64,000 bases of DNA from a virus (taxonomy: Duplodnaviria > Caudoviricetes): positions 10-64,009 of the IMG/VR virus record IMGVR_UViG_3300008085_000002; one strand, given 5' to 3'. Of this stretch, positions 46,989 through 56,549 are shown one piece after another. Each line of letters opens with the position of its first letter. Positions within the stretch are counted from its first letter, which is position 1. The notes below the pieces were generated by a model. It ran no database searches, was not told the DNA's origin, and saw only the letters and a program-made list of their open reading frames with translations. A program made the position numbers and the translations under genes.

Positions 46989-47620
46989 AGCCCTAGCTCC
47001 TTCTTGATGATCTCCAGCCCCTGGTCGCGGTCGGCCCAGACGGCGCGCACCCCGGCCTCGTCGAGCCGCTTCATGGATGTCTTCACCCCGCTGAACTTGC
47101 TGGCTGTGTTCTTGGGGTTGACATCGCCCTTCGGCTCCGGGAGCTCCAGCAGCTTGCGGCCGCGCGCGGCGCGCTCAGCGTTCTCGGCTTCGATCTTGGC
47201 CACGCGGCGGTCGAAGTCCGCCTGGCGGCGCTGGTTGATCGAGGTGAGGCAGAGCTCTAGGGGCGTGTCCAGCGCGACCACGAGCAACGGCAGGCCATCC
47301 TCGTGGAGCTTGACCGCGCGGTTGACCTCAGCACTGATGAGCAGGCCCTCGTAGAGCACGTCCATCCCTGCATTGTGCGACTGCCGTACGAGCTCATAGA
47401 TGTGGTCCTGGTCGGTGATCGTGTCACAGCCTCCGCAGGCGGTCTCGTAGTGGCCAATCACTGCCAGCGGCCGCCCACCGGCCGGGTGCTGGTAGATGTA
47501 GCCGATGGGCCGCTTGCGGTCCTTCACCTTGACAGCCGACTTGCCCCTGTAGAGCTCCATCACCTTGCGGGTGAGCGTGGTCTTGCCAGAGCCGCTCGTG
47601 CCCCTGATGTTGACGATCAT
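46985..47620 (-). CDS. P-loop kinase associated with thymidine hypermodification
   Basis: IVNIRGTSGSGKTT Walker A; GHYETACGGCD; VLYEGLL. Confidence 0.85.
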   Translation of the reverse strand: MIVNIRGTSGSGKTTLTRKVMELYRGKSAVKVKDRKRPIGYIYQHPAGGRPLAVIGHYETACGGCDTITDQDHIYELVRQSHNAGMDVLYEGLLISAEVNRAVKLHEDGLPLLVVALDTPLELCLTSINQRRQADFDRRVAKIEAENAERAARGRKLLELPEPKGDVNPKNTASKFSGVKTSMKRLDEAGVRAVWADRDQGLEIIKKELGL

Positions 47621-48531
47621 GGCTGCAGCCCCAAGGTCTGGGCAATGCCTGCCCACTGCTTCGGGAAGTGGCGGATGCCGCTGTTCCAGAGCGGCCGAAC
47701 GGTGATGGCGTTGCCGCGCACCCGCGTCCACGCCTCGTCATCCGCCTTGGCAGCAGGCCGCCACCCTTCGATGAAGTCGCCCTCCTGGGCAACCTTGACC
47801 GACCCCAAGCCCAGGCGCTCGAAGTTGGCCTTCCACCGCTCATACTTGTCCGGCATGGACAGGCTCTTGCGGCCCATGACCGGCTGCTTGATGATCGAGC
47901 TCCCCGCGTACCAGTAGGGCGTGTCGGGCACCGGGTAGGCGTAGGCCATGATGAAGCGGCCTTCCCGGAAGTAGAAGGCCGGGCGCATCTCCCGGCCGTC
48001 GCGCTGGTAGAGCGAACGATCGTAGTCGAGCGTGACCAGCCGGGTCCAGCCCCAATACACGTGACCTAGGCGGCGGCCCCAGCCGTGTGCCTGGATGTAC
48101 CAGTCCACGTCGTCCATCTTGGGGGCGAAGGCCGCCTGGACCTCACCCTCAGCGAAGAGCTCGCGGGTGGCCGGGACGAGCTTCTGGGCATTGAGGTGAA
48201 AGGCGCTGGGTCCAGCGAGCCACAGGCCGCTCTCCAGCTGCTCACGAGCGTACTTGCCGCCGTGCGGGGGTGCCTTGGTGGAGTACACGAAGCGCGCCTC
48301 TTCGGTAGCGCCCTCGAACAGGTCCTGCTCGTGCCACTGAGCCCACACCTCCCGGCATGCCTCGTCAGGGCCGAATTTCTCCGAGCCTGACGGGTAGATG
48401 GCCCCGGTGGAGGCCTGCCAGGCGACACGGGGGTCACGGCTATCGTGCCAGGTGAAGTCGACCTCGTTGCGCCAGAGCAGGCGCGCCAACATCGAGCCGG
48501 TTAGCCCCATACCTTCGATATGGACCTTCAT
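47617..48531 (-). CDS. FAD-dependent oxidoreductase / flavin lyase (PaMx11-type)
   Basis: Rossmann motif VHIEGMGLTGS; AWQASTG; C-terminal EGWRP; directly after the amino-acid:DNA transferase gene. Confidence 0.75.
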   Translation of the reverse strand: MKVHIEGMGLTGSMLARLLWRNEVDFTWHDSRDPRVAWQASTGAIYPSGSEKFGPDEACREVWAQWHEQDLFEGATEEARFVYSTKAPPHGGKYAREQLESGLWLAGPSAFHLNAQKLVPATRELFAEGEVQAAFAPKMDDVDWYIQAHGWGRRLGHVYWGWTRLVTLDYDRSLYQRDGREMRPAFYFREGRFIMAYAYPVPDTPYWYAGSSIIKQPVMGRKSLSMPDKYERWKANFERLGLGSVKVAQEGDFIEGWRPAAKADDEAWTRVRGNAITVRPLWNSGIRHFPKQWAGIAQTLGLQP

Positions 48532-49400
48532 CAATTGCTTCCCTTCGGCATGGCGTGGAGCATGCCCCGCGCCGTTTCGCTGGCCTCGCTCCAGCCGCTC
48601 AGGCCGTGCCTGATCTCGTCGATGTCGTTGAACAACGGGTAGTGGCCGTTGCGGTGGCTCTTCCACTTGCAGAGGATCGTCTCGATCTCCTGCAGGCCGA
48701 CCGGCCGCTCGTGCCGGGGCGGCGCGGTGAAGTCGCGGAAGTGCTCGCTCAAGTGGTTAACTACGTTCTCGATGATCTGCACCTTGACCGTGTCGCTCTT
48801 GGGCTGGGCGTCGTCGGGTAGCTTCGAGTGCTGCCGCCACAGGGTCAGCGCAGCCTTCACCGGGTCGTCGAACATGAAGACAGCAGCCTGGTCGAAGTCC
48901 ACCGGCACAATGCCCAGGCGATCGAGCATGTCGCAGACCTTGAAGCTGATCCAGGGCCCGAACAGGGGGAGCTCCTTGGCGCGGCCTGCCACCGTGGCGT
49001 AGGGCAGCGAGCCCTCGCCAGCGGCGATCTCTTCGACCATCTGGTGCGGCTCGTCCATGAAGCGTCCCCAGAGCTTGGTGACCGCCTTGACCGAAGCCTC
49101 ACCCCGGAAGTGCCGCCGCTCGCTGCCCCTGGGCCACCGACCACCGTCGGGGGCTGTCGTCTCGTTCTTGGCGGCGATCGACATCCGCTGCCAGAATTCC
49201 TTGCCGTTGGCTTCGCTGATATAGGAGGCCGCGCCGCAATGGTAGAAGCACCAGTATGCAATGAGCCAGCGCGCTCGCTGGTCTGCGTCCTGCCACTCCA
49301 TTTTGTCGAGGGCGATGTACACGGGGTCCAGGTCCCCGGTCTCAAGAAGGTGCGCCCCGAACTTGTAAATGTCGAGGCGCTCGTAGTTACGTCCTGCCAT
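48531..49400 (-). CDS. Amino acid:DNA transferase (aGPT-Pplase2 family)
   Basis: FGAHLLETGDLDPVY, RWLIAYWCFYH, GSERRHFRG, FGPWISFKVCDM, QEIETILCKWKSH. Confidence 0.9.
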   Translation of the reverse strand: MAGRNYERLDIYKFGAHLLETGDLDPVYIALDKMEWQDADQRARWLIAYWCFYHCGAASYISEANGKEFWQRMSIAAKNETTAPDGGRWPRGSERRHFRGEASVKAVTKLWGRFMDEPHQMVEEIAAGEGSLPYATVAGRAKELPLFGPWISFKVCDMLDRLGIVPVDFDQAAVFMFDDPVKAALTLWRQHSKLPDDAQPKSDTVKVQIIENVVNHLSEHFRDFTAPPRHERPVGLQEIETILCKWKSHRNGHYPLFNDIDEIRHGLSGWSEASETARGMLHAMPKGSN

Positions 49401-49422
49401 GTGCACTCCCTTTCTGCTCCCG

Positions 49423-49451
49423 ACCGTCGCTTGGCCGGGAGCAGAAGGCAA
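49423..49451 (-). promoter_or_regulatory. Putative promoter of the modification operon, overlapping an inverted repeat
   Basis: TTGCCT-N17-GACGGT inside CTGCTCCCG...CGGGAGCAG. Confidence 0.5.
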
Positions 49452-49456
49452 TCGGT

Positions 49457-50056
49457 TTACTTGTGGATGGTGATGCGGCCGTCCGCGTCCTGCTTCATGC
49501 CGTAGCCGACATAGTAGTGCACCAGGCGGATGCCCTCGTAGGTGGTCTTCTTGGCGGTTTCCTCGTCCATACCCTTCTTCGAGCCCCAGGTCGCGGCCAT
49601 GGCCTCGTCGAAGGTGGCTCCCTTGCCGGTCGAGAAGAGCTCGACGAGCTTGGCGCGGAAGGTGCCGGGGCGGACCGACTTGATCTCGTCACCGGCCGGG
49701 AACACGAAGCGCATGCCGCGCGGCTTGCGGGCCTTGGGCTGGGTGGCCTTGCGGTCGGCCGCCTCGTCCTTGATCTGCTTCTTGTCCGCGTCGGTGAGCT
49801 CAACCTTGCCCTTATCGGCAGTGCCCAGGCTTTCGTCGCCAGCAGCGTCATAGGCCTGCAGAGCTTCCCAGGTGCGCTTGATGCCGGTCGCGCTGTCGCT
49901 GAACCGGGTGGTGCGCACCTCTTCGCCGAGATTGGACTTGATCAGCCGATAGAGCTCGACGAGCTCCGAGCCGGTCATCTGGTCGAGGTACTTGTCCGCG
50001 TTGTTCTCCGCAGCGGTGCGGGTCTGAGCGTAGGTGGTGGTGCCGAACTTGATCAC
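49457..50056 (-). CDS. Hypothetical, probably DNA-binding, early protein
   Basis: Own promoter TTGTCT-N17-GATAGG (50116-50088) and AGAAAAGGAG RBS; basic C-terminal half. Confidence 0.55.
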   Translation of the reverse strand: MIKFGTTTYAQTRTAAENNADKYLDQMTGSELVELYRLIKSNLGEEVRTTRFSDSATGIKRTWEALQAYDAAGDESLGTADKGKVELTDADKKQIKDEAADRKATQPKARKPRGMRFVFPAGDEIKSVRPGTFRAKLVELFSTGKGATFDEAMAATWGSKKGMDEETAKKTTYEGIRLVHYYVGYGMKQDADGRITIHK

Positions 50057-50095
50057 GTGTCATCTCCTTTTCTAGAACACTGAGACCCCTATCTC

Positions 50096-50488
50096 TCACG
50101 CTGCGACAGAAGACAACCCCCTATCTTGCCTTTTGCTCATTTTCTGAGACCGACCCTTCGCCGGACCCCGCTGGAGGTTCACTGCCTTGGGTACGAGCTC
50201 AGTGCAGTCGACGCAGAGGGTGCCATGGTCGCAACCGTGGTCCAAGTGCTTCCCCTCAGGGACGCGAAGGTCCGGTATCTTGCCAGCCAGGAACGCGGCG
50301 AAGATGTGGGCGCGCACCGTGTTGTGCTCACTGTCGACCCAGAAGCTCCCGTAGGGACCGGAGTACGGCCGCTGACCACCCCGGCTCTGGGCTCCGGTCC
50401 ACACCCGGCACCCGTCGGCCTTCACGTCAAGGTACTGGAGGAACCGCGCCTCCAGCTGCATCAAATAGCAAGGGGTGAGCTCCGCCAT
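50096..50488 (-). CDS. HNH-endonuclease-like protein, possibly degenerate
   Basis: CRVWTGA...YGSF...RAH...LDHGC...LCV...VNLQRG. Confidence 0.6.
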   Translation of the reverse strand: MAELTPCYLMQLEARFLQYLDVKADGCRVWTGAQSRGGQRPYSGPYGSFWVDSEHNTVRAHIFAAFLAGKIPDLRVPEGKHLDHGCDHGTLCVDCTELVPKAVNLQRGPAKGRSQKMSKRQDRGLSSVAA

Positions 50489-50504
50489 CCCAGGTCTCCT
50501 TTTC

Positions 50505-50846
50505 TCATACCTCGATCACCTTCACACCAGCCTTCCGGGCGCGCCGCACCATATCCGCCGTCCCGCGCCCACCGGGGAAAGCGACCACGAGGTCAGGCTT
50601 ACCCCGACTGAGCATCTCTTGATTGCGCCTGGGCCCAGCAGACAGGCCGAACTTGGCCCAATCGGCCGGGTAGGGCTCCAGCGCGATCCCCCGCTTGAGG
50701 CCCCAGGCCTCGCCAAGCTGGTCGGCTCCCCGCGCCGCGCCATGGATGATCGTGGTGATGGGCTGGTCTGCGCCGACTTGCTGCAGGACACGGTCGACAT
50801 GCGCCGCATCCCGGTAGTCCCGGCCGCCACAGACCAGCACCTTCAC
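50505..50846 (-). CDS. DUF2493 / YspA-like SLOG-family protein
   Basis: KVLVCGGRDY, IIHGAARGAD, ADW...AGPRRNQEML...AFPGGRGTADM. Confidence 0.88.
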   Translation of the reverse strand: MKVLVCGGRDYRDAAHVDRVLQQVGADQPITTIIHGAARGADQLGEAWGLKRGIALEPYPADWAKFGLSAGPRRNQEMLSRGKPDLVVAFPGGRGTADMVRRARKAGVKVIEV

Positions 50847-52072
50847 GCGGCTACGCTCATGCTGTGCTCGGCCACGTAGGCCTTGAGCTCGCTGTAGCCG
50901 CCCACCAAGGTGCCGTTGTGGTACACCTGGGGAAAGGTCCGGTGTCCCTGGGCCTTGAACGCGGCGATGTCGTCGTCCGACACGTGCTCCTGGACGATGG
51001 GGGTGAAGCCCAGGGAGGCGAGCAGGTTCTTGGCGTCGACGCAATGGGGACAGCCGGGCTTGCTGAGCAGCTGCCACTCCGACGGCAGGGCCCCTGCATC
51101 CTCGAACATCGAGAAGGCGTCGTCCCAGCTGCCGACCACTGAGGCCTTGGCGTAGTCGGTGGCCTTGTTCTCGAAGAAGTTGGTGTGCTCCTTGCCGCTG
51201 ACCAGCACGTCGACCCACGGCAGCGGGTTGTCGCCGATGTTGTAGAGCGGCTCCAGGTTCAGCTGCATCAGACGGCGGTCGGCGATGTAGCGGATGTAGG
51301 CCTTGACCTCGTCGGGAGCGAGCCCCCGGATGTCGGCCTCACCGTAGGCCAAGTCGATGAAGCGGTCTTCCATCTGGACCATCCGGTCGCAGTCCTGGTA
51401 GATGCGCTGCTTGAGCTCGGTCGTCCAGAGCTCCGGGTGCTCGTCCAGCAGGGCGTGGAACACCTTGGTCATAGAGGCCACGTGGTGGCTCTCGTCGCGG
51501 ATCGACCAGCTGACCACCTGACCCATGCCCTTCATCCGGCCGAAGCGGGTGAAGTTGAGCAGGATGACGAAGCTGGCGAACAGCTGGAGCCCTTCGCCGA
51601 AGGCGCTGAACACCGCGATGTCGCGCGCCAGGCCGTCGAGCCCTTCGCTCGTCTCGCACATCATCTCATGCTTCTGGCGCATGGCGTCGTAGTCCATGAA
51701 CGCCGCGTACTCGGTCTCTGGCATGCCGATCTCGTCGATCAGCGTCGAGTAGGCCTGGATGTGCACCGCTTCACGCGCGGCGATGGAGCTCATCATCATC
51801 CTGAGCTCGACCGGCTTGAAGAGCGGGATGTAGCGGTCAAGGTAACACTCGGCCACGTCCACGTCCGCTTGAGTGAAGAAGCGGAACACCTGGGTGAGAA
51901 GGTTGCGCTCGTCGTCGGTCAGCTTGGTCTTCCAGTCCTGCACGTCAGCATTGAGAGGCACCTCGCGCACCAGCCAGTGCATCTGCTCGCTTTCGACGAA
52001 TGCCTGATAGGCCCAGGGGTACCAGAAGGGCTTGTATGCGAGACGCTTGGTGAACAGGGATGGGGTTTGCAT
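50843..52072 (-). CDS. nrdB: Class Ia ribonucleotide reductase beta subunit fused to a C-terminal glutaredoxin
   Basis: FFTQADVDVA, EAVHIQAY, FGEGLQLFASF, WSIRDESHH, TNFFE; then SKPGCPHC...TFPQVYHNGTLVGGY. Confidence 0.93.
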   Translation of the reverse strand: MQTPSLFTKRLAYKPFWYPWAYQAFVESEQMHWLVREVPLNADVQDWKTKLTDDERNLLTQVFRFFTQADVDVAECYLDRYIPLFKPVELRMMMSSIAAREAVHIQAYSTLIDEIGMPETEYAAFMDYDAMRQKHEMMCETSEGLDGLARDIAVFSAFGEGLQLFASFVILLNFTRFGRMKGMGQVVSWSIRDESHHVASMTKVFHALLDEHPELWTTELKQRIYQDCDRMVQMEDRFIDLAYGEADIRGLAPDEVKAYIRYIADRRLMQLNLEPLYNIGDNPLPWVDVLVSGKEHTNFFENKATDYAKASVVGSWDDAFSMFEDAGALPSEWQLLSKPGCPHCVDAKNLLASLGFTPIVQEHVSDDDIAAFKAQGHRTFPQVYHNGTLVGGYSELKAYVAEHSMSVAA

Positions 52073-52075
52073 AGG

Positions 52076-53827
52076 TCAGGCCTCACATGCTACGCAGTCG
52101 CTCTCGCCAGGCGCTGGTGCGCTGGAGGGGCGGCTGAGGTTGGTGCCCACAGCCTCGGTCCGCCGGACACTGCTGGAGCGAAGGTAGTAGAGGGCTTTAA
52201 GGCCGCCCTCCCAGGCGCGGAAGTGGAGCCGGTTGAGCTCGGCCGGGCTGACGTTGGGCGGCAGCGCCATGTTGAAGCTCTGCCCCTGGCAGATGAAGGG
52301 TTGGCGGTCGATGGCCTGCTCCATGATGGCCATCTGGTCGTGCTCGACGTGCGTACGGAACACCCGCTTCTGCTCCGGGGTCAGCCAGTCTAGGTGCTGG
52401 ACCGAACCGTCGTGGGTGAGAATGCTCGACCACACCCCCGGCTTGTCGCGGCCCATGTCGCGCAACAGCGCCTGCAGCGCCGGGTTGCGCACCTCCTGGG
52501 TGCCACTGAGCGTCTTCTGGGCAAAAGCGTTGGCAGCCATTGGCTCGGTCGACGGGGAGACCCCGCCACAGATGAGCGAGCTCGTGGCGTTGGGAGCGAT
52601 GGCCATGCGGTGAGCATGGCGCAGGCCGGTACCGGCCATGTCCGGCGCTTCACCGCGTTCGGCTCCGAGCCGTAGCGAAGCCTTCTTGGCGAGCGCGCTG
52701 ATCGTGCCGTACAGGCTGACGTTGAGGCGCTTGGCCTCAGGGTCTTCCATGGTGAGACCGCGCTGCTGGAGGAAGGTGTGCCAGCCGAGCGAGCCCAGCC
52801 CGATCGACCGCTCCCTCTGGGCCGAATTGACCGCGCGCCACATGCCTTCCGGGGCCTGCTCAATGAACACGTCCAGCGTGTTGTCGAGCATGGTGATCAG
52901 GTCGTCGATGAACTGCTCTGCCACCGGGGCCCACTCGTCGTACTTCGCCATGTTGAGCGAGCTCAGGCAGCACACGGCCGTGCGGTCGGCGGCGGTCGGC
53001 AGCATCACCTCGGTGCAGAGGTTGGAGTGATGGACCCGCAAGCCCAGGGAGCGAAGGGGCTCCGGGAGCGCGCGGTTGGCTGTGTCGGAGAAGAACAGGT
53101 AGGGCTCGCCGGTCTGCACCCGCTTGAGCAGCAGGCGGCTCCACAGGTCGCGCGCCTTGACCGTGGCTTTGGTGATCCCGCTGTTGGGGTCGACCAGGTT
53201 CCAGTCCTTGTCATGCTTCACCGCCAGCATGAAGTCGTCGCTGATGCAGACCCCGTGGTGGGTGTTCTCGTTCTTGCGGTGCACGTCGCCCCCGGTCGGG
53301 GTGCGCATCTCGATGAACTCGACAATTTCCGGGTGGCTGATGTCGATGTACACGGCTCCAGCGCCGCGCCGGGTGCGGCCCTGGTGGTAGGCCAACAGCT
53401 GGCTGTCCATCACGTGCAGGAAGGGCATGAGGCCGGGGGTCTCAACGCCCTTGGAGGTCTTCTCGCCTACCGAGCGGATGTGGCCCCAATAGGTGCCGAT
53501 CCCGCCGCCGTTGGTGGAGAGGTAGGCGTTCTCGGTGAAGTTGGCCGCCAGGCCGGTGATGCTGTCATCGACGTAGTTGAGGAAGCAGCTGATGGGGAGG
53601 CCGTTCGGGGTGCCGCCGTTCGAGATGAGCGGGGTGGCGTAGCTGAACCAGAGCTTGGACGAATAGTCATATAGCCGCTGAGCGAGCTCCGGGTCGCCAC
53701 CGCTGAACGCGGCGCTGGCGCGGGCGAACACGTCTTGAGGGCCTTCACCGGCCTGGCAGTATCGCTCCTCCAGCGTGATGCGTCCCAATGGAGTGAGCAA
53801 TTCATCCCGACCGTAATCAACCCTCAT
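52076..53827 (-). CDS. nrdA: Class Ia ribonucleotide reductase alpha subunit (no ATP cone)
   Basis: PISCF, SNLCTE, VCCLSS, IAPNATSS, KALYYLRS, C-terminal CVAC. Confidence 0.95.
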   Translation of the reverse strand: MRVDYGRDELLTPLGRITLEERYCQAGEGPQDVFARASAAFSGGDPELAQRLYDYSSKLWFSYATPLISNGGTPNGLPISCFLNYVDDSITGLAANFTENAYLSTNGGGIGTYWGHIRSVGEKTSKGVETPGLMPFLHVMDSQLLAYHQGRTRRGAGAVYIDISHPEIVEFIEMRTPTGGDVHRKNENTHHGVCISDDFMLAVKHDKDWNLVDPNSGITKATVKARDLWSRLLLKRVQTGEPYLFFSDTANRALPEPLRSLGLRVHHSNLCTEVMLPTAADRTAVCCLSSLNMAKYDEWAPVAEQFIDDLITMLDNTLDVFIEQAPEGMWRAVNSAQRERSIGLGSLGWHTFLQQRGLTMEDPEAKRLNVSLYGTISALAKKASLRLGAERGEAPDMAGTGLRHAHRMAIAPNATSSLICGGVSPSTEPMAANAFAQKTLSGTQEVRNPALQALLRDMGRDKPGVWSSILTHDGSVQHLDWLTPEQKRVFRTHVEHDQMAIMEQAIDRQPFICQGQSFNMALPPNVSPAELNRLHFRAWEGGLKALYYLRSSSVRRTEAVGTNLSRPSSAPAPGESDCVACEA

Positions 53828-53867
53828 GGTACTCGTCCCTTTCTCCGTCGCTGGCGGCAAGGCTTCC

Positions 53868-53896
53868 ACCATGCCTCGGCTGAGGCATGTTGCCAA
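53868..53896 (-). promoter_or_regulatory. Putative nrdA promoter with internal inverted repeat
   Basis: TTGGCA-N17(ending GAGG)-CATGGT; CATGCCTC-GGCT-GAGGCATG palindrome. Confidence 0.5.
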
Positions 53897-54241
53897 TGGT
53901 GTCCTCCAGCAATTTTGTCGCTAACTTGAGTTGCTCGACTACCTCGACTAGGGAGGCACGATTTGCACGCTTCCGTACGAGCGCCATACACACCGGACCT
54001 GCCCCACCTTGCAGGATGATCCGGTGGATGCGGCCAAGGCGATCCTCCAGGTCACTCTTGGAGGTCGCCGACGACATCGACCTCCACCTGGTCACAGGTC
54101 AGGGTCACCCGGTTCAGGTCCCCCGCCTCGATCACAATCTTGACCACCTTGAGCTCGGCCGTGATGTCCTTGCCCTCGTCGTCCAGGATGCGGGTGTCCA
54201 TGCTAAAGCCGGTAGTGTTGACAACCTTCATTCGAGCCTTC

Positions 54242-55510
54242 CTACATCTTGATCACGGTGAGCTCTTCGGCCGCGCGCGTGATGCCAGTGTAGAGCCAGC
54301 GGTTGCGGTCCTGCCGGAAGCACCATGCCTCGTCGAACAGCATGACGTTGTCCCACTGCGAGCCCTGGGCCTTGTGGACCGTCATGGCATAGCCGTAGTC
54401 GAACTCTTCGGCCTCCTTGCGCTCCCACCAGGGCAAGGCCTCGTCGCGGCCCTCGAAGTAGTGCGTGTGGGCCTCTACCTCCAGCAGAGTGCCGGGGTTG
54501 CCCTCCAGGTCGCTCTCGGCCTCCACCGTCATATACACGCGGTCTTCGGTGATGGCCCCGACCCCCTCCACGTACCAGAGCGCGCCGTTGAGCAGGCCCT
54601 TCTCGTGATTGTTGCGCAGGCAGACCAGCTTGTCCCCGACCACCGGGTAGTCGTTGCTGGCGATGGCCTTCAATTGCCGCATGCGGCGGTTGCTGGAGTG
54701 ACGGGTCTTGTTCCGGCCGACCAGCAGCTGGTCAGCCTGCATCGCCTGCTCTGGGCTTAGGTTCCGCTGCTCGATCACCTGGCAGTTGCCGTAGGAGCCC
54801 AGGGAGAGGGTGTTGCCCTCCCGCACCTGGGTAGCCATCGCGATGATGGGGCTTTCGGCCGCCTGGCGGTGGATTTCAGTGAGCATCACGTCGGGCTCCA
54901 CGCCTTCGGTGAAGAAGCCGCCACCACCGACCGGGGGCAGCTGCGCCGGGTCTCCCAGCACGAGTATCTTGGTGCCGAAGCTCAACAGGTCTTCGCCCAT
55001 CCGGCCGTCGACCATGGAGCACTCGTCGATCACCACCAGGTCCACGTCCCTGACCGGGCTCTCGTCGTTGAGGGTGAAGCTGGGGCGGCTCAGCGCCTTG
55101 CGCTCGCGCTCGACCTGTTCACGCAGGTCCCTGACGCGGCGATTGTCGTTGTAGAGCTTAGTCAGCTGGTCGGGGGCAAGCCCAGGGTTGTCCTGCCGAA
55201 GCTCGATGAGCAGCGCCGCCAGCATCGCCTCGATCTCCTTGAGGCGCGCCTTCCCCTTCTCCTTGGTGTGGTAGATCATGGAGTGGATGGTGCTGGCGTT
55301 GGGGCAGCCCTTTTGGCGCAGCACGTAGGCGGCCTTGCCAGTGTAGGCACCGAACAGCACGTCATCGACGCCTTCGGTGAAGTGCTTGGCGAGCGTCGTC
55401 TTGCCGGTCCCCGCGTAGCCGAACAGGCGGAACACCTGGCGACTAGGGTCTCGGCAGAATTCGTCTACAGCCTTGAGAGCAGCATCTTGTTGTGGTGACC
55501 AGGTCGGCAC
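54242..55510 (-). CDS. RecD/Dda-like SF1B DNA helicase
   Basis: GYAGTGKTT, YTGKAA, STIHS, VIDECSMV, GDPAQLPPV, YAMTVHKAQGS, LYTGITRA. Confidence 0.92.
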   Translation of the reverse strand: MPTWSPQQDAALKAVDEFCRDPSRQVFRLFGYAGTGKTTLAKHFTEGVDDVLFGAYTGKAAYVLRQKGCPNASTIHSMIYHTKEKGKARLKEIEAMLAALLIELRQDNPGLAPDQLTKLYNDNRRVRDLREQVERERKALSRPSFTLNDESPVRDVDLVVIDECSMVDGRMGEDLLSFGTKILVLGDPAQLPPVGGGGFFTEGVEPDVMLTEIHRQAAESPIIAMATQVREGNTLSLGSYGNCQVIEQRNLSPEQAMQADQLLVGRNKTRHSSNRRMRQLKAIASNDYPVVGDKLVCLRNNHEKGLLNGALWYVEGVGAITEDRVYMTVEAESDLEGNPGTLLEVEAHTHYFEGRDEALPWWERKEAEEFDYGYAMTVHKAQGSQWDNVMLFDEAWCFRQDRNRWLYTGITRAAEELTVIKM

Positions 55511-55620
55511 GGGAGCTCCGGTTTCTAGAGCGTGAAAGGGGTGTCAGGGGAGACCGGGGGCGTTGGCCTCCCCTGACGACGGTGCAGCGGCAACAGGGGG
55601 AAACCGCCGCCCCGATCAGC

Positions 55621-56448
55621 TTAGAACGGCGGGTCTTCGCTCGACCCGTTGCCACCGTCGCCGGTGCTGTTCTGGGTCTCGAAGGCCGCACGAGCCATGC
55701 CGGACGTGACCATCTCGCGGAAGCTCTTGGCTTCTTCGAGCAGCGCCGCCTCGTTCTGCGGATTGATCAGGCTCTCCACCCACGAGCCCTTGAGCGGCTC
55801 GATCTTGAAGTTGAAGAACGAGCCCTTCTCGTTCTTCTGCTTGACCGTCCGGAGCACGGCGCGGTTGGCGAACATCGGCGGCCGACCCTTGAGGGTGTAC
55901 ATCGACGTGAGGAAGTCACGGTACGGCTTGATCTTGGTCGAGGTGAACGAGACCACGGCAAAGCCGGTAGTCGTCTCGCCGCTCTCGTCCATGAGCAGGC
56001 CGTAGATGTAGTGGGTCTCGATGAGCTCGTTGCCGTTGTCCAGCATGAGCTTGCCGATGCGGCTGCCACCGTTGGCTTCGATGGCCTTCTTGACCACCTC
56101 GCCATTGGGGTCGTGCAGGCCGACGAAGCCGCCGCCCTTGTCGCGCGGCACCCATTCGACGTAGGCCGTCTCCTTGTGCACCGGCAGGAACGGCTGACCG
56201 GCCGCCTGCTTGGCGCTGTCGGCTTCGATGATGTCGCCAGTTACGGTGTTGACCAGCTGACCGGGCTTGTACCGCTCGCTGTCCTCTTCGACCTGGGGCG
56301 AATTGGACTGCAGGATCGAGATGAACGGAATGCTGAGGTCAGCACCGCTCGTGCCCTCGAAGCCTGCACCGGCCTCTTCACCGTAGTCGTATGCGGCAAC
56401 CGCGCCACCCTTAGGGGTGTTGGCGACTGCCTTGCTCTGTCCGGCCAT
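55621..56448 (-). CDS. Putative single-stranded DNA-binding protein
   Basis: Replication-module context; DLSIPFISILQSNSPQ motif; acidic C-terminal tail ending EDPPF. Confidence 0.55.
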   Translation of the reverse strand: MAGQSKAVANTPKGGAVAAYDYGEEAGAGFEGTSGADLSIPFISILQSNSPQVEEDSERYKPGQLVNTVTGDIIEADSAKQAAGQPFLPVHKETAYVEWVPRDKGGGFVGLHDPNGEVVKKAIEANGGSRIGKLMLDNGNELIETHYIYGLLMDESGETTTGFAVVSFTSTKIKPYRDFLTSMYTLKGRPPMFANRAVLRTVKQKNEKGSFFNFKIEPLKGSWVESLINPQNEAALLEEAKSFREMVTSGMARAAFETQNSTGDGGNGSSEDPPF

Positions 56449-56549
56449 AATGGCCCTCCTTTCAATCGCTGGGGACACTTTTGGGGCCTCCCGAGCATCG
56501 GCCCTTCCCCTGCCGGGGCGCTCACCACTAACCAGGTGACGGTATCTCG

